Part shown: positions 56,337 through 64,000 of the stretch, piece after piece
How the letters are laid out: each line of letters opens with the position of its first letter
How positions within the stretch are numbered: the first letter of the stretch is position 1
Notes under the pieces: model-generated
Told to the model about the DNA's origin: nothing
Databases searched by the model: none
What the model saw: the letters and a program-made list of their open reading frames with translations, nothing else
Translations under genes and position numbers: made by a program
Source of the DNA: Octopus vulgaris
Taxonomy: Eukaryota
Assembly (NCBI GenBank): GCA_951406725.2
Contig: OX597837.1
Span: 124,001-188,000, forward strand
Direction: 5' to 3'
DNA: 64,000 bases

Positions 56337-57247
56337 CCTTCTATAAAATAAATTAATTTACTCTGCTATGTATTGAGTACCTTATTTACTGTGGTTAACC
56401 CCGACTCAACCCGGGACCTACATATATATATATAACGTTTACATATATACATGGCGGCTACGTATCCTACCTTTTGACCCTATACTGTAAGTATATTACT
56501 CTCTAACATTGGTACGACTAGACTACACTGTTTCTTTTTCCCCCCTCTCCTACTTTTCTCTGCCTTCACCCTTTGCACTCCCCTTGTTCTGTCTATTTCC
56601 CTCTTTTTCTTCTCCTCCCTTGTTCCCCTTCCTTCTTTCTCTCTTCCTCCGTCCCTCCTCTCCCACATTTCTCTGCCTCTCAGACCTTATACCCCACTTG
56701 ACCTGTCCCTTTCCCTCTCTTGCTTCTCTCTTCATCTGTCCCTTTCTCCTTTTTGTGCTCACGTGACCAGCCAGCTACTACTGCCTTTTCGCATCAAGTA
56801 GTTAGTGTGACAACATGTATTTGTTTGTGCTCCGTTTGCCTTCAGGCACTTGTTCCACAGCCAGCCTATACTCAACTCGTCCTGTCGAAAGACGCTTGTC
56901 CTGACGTCCTGGTTTTGTTATTATTGTTTTTACGTTATGTTGTATTCTTATCCGTGCTATCGTTATTGTTTTTACGTATTTTTGAATTTTTTTTCGAGTA
57001 ACATCGTCCGTTTTTCCGTCACCGTGTTGTATACTTTCTAGGTTTTCTTCCAAGGAATCTAATGCGATTGGCTTAGATTTCCCTTGGCAGGCTGCCCAGA
57101 TTGGAGCAATCTCAAGATTAATCAGCCGAAATTTCGAAGATGATCTGGTTCTTGACTGATGACTGAGAGCTTCGAAAGTCCCGTCTGTGTGTATTTTGTC
57201 GTCTTCAAAATGTTTCACGTTCTTGTCCCAGTTTGTGTTTTTTTAAC

Positions 57248-57284
<37 letters not shown>

Positions 57285-57332
57285 CATACTCGTACATATA
57301 CATACATGAGTACATACATAATATATATATAT

Positions 57333-57364
<32 letters not shown>

Positions 57365-57399
57365 GCACACGTATGCACCGCACGTATGTACTATTACCA

Positions 57400-57682
57400 T
57401 TTTATTCAGTTATGGGGCTGCGGTCACGCTGGAGCACCACCGTGATTTTACCCTTTTAAGTATGAGTCATCTTGGGCCGATTTCTTCAAGGTTGTGGAGT
57501 TTCACCTCACCACCCCCGTCTGTGCATTTACCCTAGTAGTTGGCCCTTTTGGTGTATGAGGGAGTTTGTCACCGATGGTCTTATCTGCACGCCATGACCG
57601 GCAATTGGTTCATCTGGTGTTGTGGAGGGGAGAATGTCAAGTCTCTTCTTAAAAATATTTACGTTCACAGCTGTAAGATTTG
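57400..57682 (-). mobile_element. CR1/L2-group LINE 3' end
   Basis: NLTAVNVNIFKKRLDILPSTTPDEP..SVTNSLIHQ is a typical ORF2 C-terminus, followed by a 3' tail ggtggtgctccagcgtgaccgcag..actgaataaa. Confidence 0.7.
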
Positions 57683-57694
57683 TAAATACACACA

Positions 57695-57750
<56 letters not shown>

Positions 57751-57833
57751 TACATACATACATACATACATACATACACACATATATACATACAACATAC
57801 ATACATACATACATACATACATACATACATACA

Positions 57834-57891
<58 letters not shown>

Positions 57892-58149
57892 GTATATAAT
57901 ATTCATGTATACAGACTCGCACACACGTATACTAAAACAGTTATAGCCACGAAATATTACCCTAACAATGCATGTTGTAGAAGGACCAAATGAATCCTAA
58001 TTACAATGTAGTTGGACTTATAATTTAGAATCTCTAAACAAGATACATGGATCCTCCCTAAGCAGAAAATCCCGGTTAGACTGTATGTTTAAAGGCATCA
58101 AACATTCAAAGGTTCTTATTTACATAAAATCCAAAGCTACTGAGCACGC

Positions 58150-58722
58150 TAAGCAAGCAAGCAACCGGCAAAGCGACCGACCAACTGAATGACCGACCGA
58201 CCGACCGAACGACCGACCGATCGACTGACTGACGAACCAACGAACCAACCAACCAACCAACCAACCAACCAACCAACCAACCGACTAACCGACCGACTGA
58301 CCGACCAACCAACCAACCGACCGACCGACCGACCAGCCAACCAACCATACAGCCAACAAGCCAGCCAACCAACCAACCAACCGACCGACTGACCGACCGA
58401 CTGACCGACCGACCGACCGACCGACTGACCGACCGACCGACCGACCAACCAACCAACCAACCAACCAACCAACCAATTAACCAAGCAACCAAGCAAACAA
58501 GCAGTCAAGCAACTAACAACCAACTAAGCAGCCTAGTAAGCAAGTAAGCAAGCAACTAACCAACCAACCAGCAATCAAGCAAGCAACCAACCATACAACG
58601 AACAAATCAACCAACCAGCCAGCCAACCACCAAGCCAGTCAGCCAGCCAGCCAACCAACCAACCAAACGACCAACCAACCAACCAACCAACCAACCAGCC
58701 AACCAACCAACAAGCCAAGCTA
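58150..58722. repeat. Compound (ACCA/ACCG/AGCA)n microsatellite
   Basis: Direct inspection. Confidence 0.95.
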
Positions 58723-59664
58723 GCAGCGACAGAACGTACTTCGATCTATCAATGTTGTTTATAAGTTACAATGGAAACATGAAAATTGTGAACGCTCGAA
58801 AAACTGGAGGTGATTTAGTCCACAGTCCCGTCCACTCGAAAATAGAGAAACTGTTGTGGTCTTGTAGCACCAGTTCAACACTGGTTCAACGACGCTCCAA
58901 ATATGACTATACATTATGTTTTCAACGAAAACTCTGTTCAGAACTGGACTGCATATTTTAAGGAATGATATCTCCGGCAACATATCGTATAATGGAGAGA
59001 TACGATGGTGACGACAGCAACGAAGGTGATGATGTTGTTGATGCTGATGATGATAATGACGACGGCAAGGGTGACGATGATGCTGTTGATGATGATGTTG
59101 ACGACGGTGATGATAACATTAATGATGATGATGTTGATGATGATGATGAAGGTATAGAAGGGACAGATTTTCAAAAAGAGAACCCTATCTTGTAGTATTT
59201 AGTTCAGGTCCTATTATGTTCTGAGTTCAAATCCCCCACCCGACCTCATCAACTTTTCCTTTCATATTTAATAAAGTACCAGTCATATACTGAAATCATT
59301 GAAATAAAGTACCAGTAAATACTGGGGTTAATGATATAAAGTATTGGTATCAGTGAAATAAAGTACCAGTGAAGTACTGTTTTGTTCCCATAAGTTTGAG
59401 AACGTCTGCCATGGGATTAGCTGAATCTTTAGGACAGCAGTCAAAATGTTCTGAGGAATTTAATTACAATCCTTTACACTGTGAGTTCAAGCCCGGTTGA
59501 TGTTAATTTAGTATTTCATATTTCAAGGAACAATAAAATACTGTACCACTATTCAAGCAAAGGTCCAAGATATGGATTATAGACATTTTTACCCGCCTAA
59601 ATTTAAGGCTGGGCTTGTGCTTATGTGGTAAGCGAAACGTCAAATAAACTGTTGGAAAATAAGG

Positions 59665-59839
59665 ATTTCAAATTTTGTCAGTTTTTGATGGGGGCGGGGA
59701 AGTCACTTATAAGGTCTGGTGCTTATTTCATCAGTCCTGAAAGTCGACCTCTGCCGAATTTGAACTGAGGGCGTAAAGATAGACAAAATGCCGCTAAGCA
59801 TTTCGTCTGACTTGCTAGCAACACTGCCAACTCACCGCC

Positions 59840-59842
<3 letters not shown>
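59665..59842 (-). mobile_element. SINE family A, internally deleted
   Basis: gaaagtcgacctctgccgaatttgaact..gccgctaagcatttcg..ctgccaactcaccgcctt. Confidence 0.7.
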
Positions 59843-59900
<58 letters not shown>

Positions 59901-59926
59901 GGATAATAATAATGATAATAATAATG

Positions 59927-60005
<79 letters not shown>

Positions 60006-60049
60006 GGATAATGATGATGATGATAATAATAATAATAATAATAATAAGC

Positions 60050-60147
<98 letters not shown>

Positions 60148-60178
60148 GATGATGATAATAATAATAAGGATTATGATG

Positions 60179-60261
<83 letters not shown>

Positions 60262-60262
<1 letters not shown>

Positions 60263-61802
60263 CGCCAAAGTAACCATGAAAAGAGGAAAACTAGTTAAGA
60301 ATAGTAACATCACACTAGATAAAACCAATGAAATAAAAGAATTAGACCAAAGCCAAACTTACAAATACTGAGGAATCCATGAACTAGATAAGACACAACA
60401 CACACAAATGAAAGAGAAAATAAAAAAAAGAATATTATAGACGAGTTAGATCAATACTAAAAACAGAGCTCAATGCTAAAAACAAGATAATAGGACACTT
60501 TAGCTGTCCCAGTTATAAGTTACAGCTACAATATCCTTAACTGGACAGTAAATGAACTGACTAAAATAGATAGGAAAACAAGAAAAATAATGACAGGGTC
60601 TAGGATGCATCACCCAAAATCTGACATAGAAAGACTATATATACAACGTATAGAAGGTGGTAGAGGCCTTATACAGCTGGAAAACTACTATAAAATAACC
60701 ACCATAGGACTGCAAAAATACCTCCTTCAGAAGGAAGGAAAACTTATCCAGATAGCAGCAAAACACGAGCAAAACAAAAAACTGTTCTCAGTATTTAAGG
60801 AAGCTGACAAATACAAACAAGAAATCATACCACCTAATAAACACAAAGAAGAAGAAGAAGATGATGAAGAAACAACAAAAGCTATAAAACAAATGAAATC
60901 CAAACTAAAAATAGAACAGCAACGAACCATGATAAAACGATGGCAAGAAAAGCCCCTTCATGGTAAATACTGCACTAAACTAAACGCAAAAGAAATAGAC
61001 AAAGAAAAATCCCAGCAATGGTTGAGAAGCTCAGGACTCAAAGCAGAAACAGAGGGATTTTTAATTGCAGCACAAGACCAAAGCCTCCCCACCAGAAATT
61101 ACCCAAAACATGTAATGAAAAGAAATATTACAAGTAACTGCAGAATATGTGGAGATGGACAAGAAACAATAAATCATATTATCTCTAGCTGCCCAGTCCT
61201 GGCTAAGAAGGAATATATTCACAGACATGACAGAGTTGGAACCTACATACATTGGAAGCTATGCCAACATTATGGAATAACAACAGAAAAAAGATGGTAT
61301 AGGCACACACCAGAAAAGGTCACAGAAAACGAGAAAGCAACCATACTCTGGAATATGCCGATACACACAGATAGAGAAATTAAGGCCAACAGACCAGATA
61401 TAGTTGTCAGAGATCATGAAGAAAAAAAATGCTTTCTAATCGATGTATCAATACCGGCAGATGACAACGTGTCTCTAAAAGAAATGGAGAAACTCTCAAA
61501 ATACAAAGACCTGGAAATAGAGGTAACCAGAGTGTGGAATCTAAAAACAGAAACAATTCCTATCATAGTAGGTGCATTAGGCATGATAAAAAAATATTCA
61601 GACGAATACATAACAAAAACACCAGGACTTACAAACACATATAACATACAGAAAATTGCACTACTAGGCACTGCACACATCCTACGCAGAACACTTTCCA
61701 TACAATAACCATCAGAGCATCACAACATATCACAGCACATACCCAAGGCACACAGAGCTGCGCTCGGTAGTGAAGTGAAAGCACGCTATAAAAATAAAAC
61801 TA

Positions 61803-61805
<3 letters not shown>
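60262..61805 (+). mobile_element. 5'-truncated R4/Dong-clade non-LTR retrotransposon inserted in (TAA)n
   Basis: Long (AAT)n on both sides; broken RT tail (CAKV..TYKY*GI) upstream of the ORF; ~95-nt 3' UTR ending aaaactactg|aataat. Confidence 0.93.
60590..61708 (+). CDS. C-terminal part of R4/Dong polyprotein: RT thumb, CCHC zinc knuckle, restriction-like endonuclease (truncated, not a host gene)
   Basis: RLYIQRIEGGRGL; CRIC..ETINHIISSC; RHD; RPDIV..IDVS..KLSKY (PD-(D/E)xK REL). Confidence 0.9.
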   Translation: MTGSRMHHPKSDIERLYIQRIEGGRGLIQLENYYKITTIGLQKYLLQKEGKLIQIAAKHEQNKKLFSVFKEADKYKQEIIPPNKHKEEEEDDEETTKAIKQMKSKLKIEQQRTMIKRWQEKPLHGKYCTKLNAKEIDKEKSQQWLRSSGLKAETEGFLIAAQDQSLPTRNYPKHVMKRNITSNCRICGDGQETINHIISSCPVLAKKEYIHRHDRVGTYIHWKLCQHYGITTEKRWYRHTPEKVTENEKATILWNMPIHTDREIKANRPDIVVRDHEEKKCFLIDVSIPADDNVSLKEMEKLSKYKDLEIEVTRVWNLKTETIPIIVGALGMIKKYSDEYITKTPGLTNTYNIQKIALLGTAHILRRTLSIQ

Positions 61806-61878
<73 letters not shown>

Positions 61879-61879
61879 G

Positions 61880-62078
61880 TCACAAGGCCTGAAATTTTGG
61901 GAAAGAGATTAAGTCGATTATAACGACCCCAGTGCGTAACTGGTACTTATTTAATCTATCCCGAAAAGATGTAAAGCAAAATCGACCTCGGCAGAATTTG
62001 AACTTAAATGATCTAGACGGACGAAATGAGGCGAAGCATCTTGCCGGGCATGTTGACGATCCTGCCAGATCTGCTGGA
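61880..62078 (-). mobile_element. SINE family A
   Basis: cacaaggcctgaaatttt..actggtacttat..tcgacctcggcagaatttgaact. Confidence 0.8.
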
Positions 62079-62785
62079 TAATAATGAAGCAAACTGTACT
62101 ACTACTACTACTACTACTGATAATGACAAGATAACAAGTATGACAGAGATGATAATGAAATTATAAATGACGCAATAGATTTGTTGGTTTTTCCCATTGT
62201 ATGGCAGCACCAGGAACGCTACAGAAAACATGGCCGCCACAGTAAATAAATTAATAACGAGAAACACTGATTTAGATGATAAATAATTTATCCCTCCCCC
62301 TACACACCCACACGCATACATACACTCACGTATACAATTCCATAACTAACAAATCAATTTATCATAGAAATGCAAACGCTAACACACAAAGACACAGAGA
62401 AGCAATCACACTCACAGCCAAGCGCATATAGACATACATCAACACACACACACACACACAGAGCTAACAATCAATTAATCACGCTCGTATCATTAATAGT
62501 TTCATCATAATTAAATATGGCTACTCAGTATTTGAGCAATACACGAGACTCGTTGTCTTGTGACGACCATAATATTATAGACTCGCTGATTAATATTATC
62601 CTCGCACATTAATATATATGGAGAGAATATAAATTGACTGCCACCTTCGTGTATTCATGTATTTATTGCTCTGTTTGTCGGTTTCTCTCTCTCTGCATCC
62701 GTCTGGGTATGTGCATGCGTGTTTGCCTATGTGTGCGTGCATCTGTGTGTGGGTCAGTGCTCAAATTCCTTACCAACTGTACATA

Positions 62786-62867
<82 letters not shown>

Positions 62868-62919
62868 GCTAGCTAGCTAGCTAGCTAGCTACCTAGCTAT
62901 CTATCTTGTTACTTATCTA

Positions 62920-62954
<35 letters not shown>

Positions 62955-64000
62955 TTGTATCTATCTGTTTATCTATATACATTGTATTGTTTATATTGTA
63001 TTCTTCATTATGTATATATTCCGTTCATCGTATTTTACATACAATACAATATGTATAATGTATTGTATGCACAAACAATATGATATTCTTCTGGAGAGGA
63101 GGCGACTACTTCATTACTCAGGACAGATTCAAATAATTTGCAATAAAGAAAAATTCAATATATGGACACAAGAAGACGTTTGAAAATTTAAGTTTGTAAT
63201 TGTTTGCATGAAGACAAAAGGAAAAATTTCTTTTCTAGTATTGAAGATATCACGTGACAGAATGAGTATATAAGGTCGAAGATGACAGCAAGTGTGGCAG
63301 ATGATAGCAACTGTGCATATAAAGTGTTTACTTCTGTAAAAATGATTTATTTGATTGTAGTATACATTTTCGGTAGTAAAGGTCTTGTACGGGAGTTACA
63401 GGACTCTGAGTAGTGTGGAACCATCTCCTTGCCATTATTGTTTCTAATATATTCTAACTCGGAGGAATAACACCTGTCAAAGTCCTACCTATGGATTAAA
63501 TGGCCTGCAGCCAGCCAAGCCAGGCTACGTTGAAATCATGGTGGATGGGAAGTATTTCGTTAGATGAACTTATTGAAGCAATGGCCAATATCTTTGGACG
63601 TTTGGGCGGATGAACAAACAACTAACTGTCAATGAACTGGGACAATGAGTCCAGTTAGCGATTTACTGTCACCATCTGTAGTTGTGGCGTGTGTAGATGA
63701 GATATTTCAGTTAACGAAAACCAGTGTAACTAAAGCCCACGCAAGACGTCTATGCCACATCGCTCGATCACGAAGTCGGGCGAGGAGAGTTACATTGATC
63801 CGAGTAAGTCGCTCAATATGTATATATGTATGCATGTATGTATGTATGGATGGATACCTTTCTACTGTGTCTCTCGTATGCCAAATGTAAGTAACGTAGC
63901 ATTATTATTACTCCCGAATGTAGATTCAGGAGTGTGAGGCGCGTGTATCAAACTTTAAAGTATTCCAGTCGAGAAATATGTTATTATAACGTTTTTTTAT

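Noticed and set aside
57150-57190. CTGATGA...GAAA...GTC hammerhead-like string
   Set aside because: Stems I and III do not pair convincingly.
59265-59380. Three or four spaced copies of AATAAAGTACCAGT, superficially CRISPR-like
   Set aside because: Short degenerate tandem duplications of a SINE A segment in eukaryotic DNA; no cas genes.

Overview
Eukaryotic, AT-rich, extremely microsatellite-rich non-coding DNA. The SINE, LINE and simple-repeat content strongly suggests an octopus (coleoid cephalopod) genome; this is an inference from recognised repeat families. Almost all ORFs in the track are translations of (AAT)n, (TA)n, (CA)n and (TACA)n arrays. The only long real ORF (60590-61708) is the 3' part of a 5'-truncated R4/Dong-clade non-LTR retrotransposon sitting in a (TAA)n array. 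The window also holds further Dong/REL fragments, decayed Tx1/L1-like and CR1-like LINE pieces, more than 20 tRNA-derived SINE copies from several families, two non-autonomous Helitrons and a hAT MITE. Most notable are: (1) a set of (TA)n-embedded foldback elements carrying type I hammerhead ribozyme motifs, including a 66-bp-arm palindrome at 56216-56351 that encodes a complete hammerhead on each strand (Penelope-like or retrozyme-like); (2) a foldback with a circularly permuted ~355-nt unit at 37631-38086; (3) a 239-bp non-repeat-looking sequence duplicated with 100% identity in inverted orientation 26 kb apart (3296-3534 / 29592-29830); and (4) a few candidate small spliced exons of an unidentified transcript. 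Repeat boundaries are approximate unless junction sequences are quoted.
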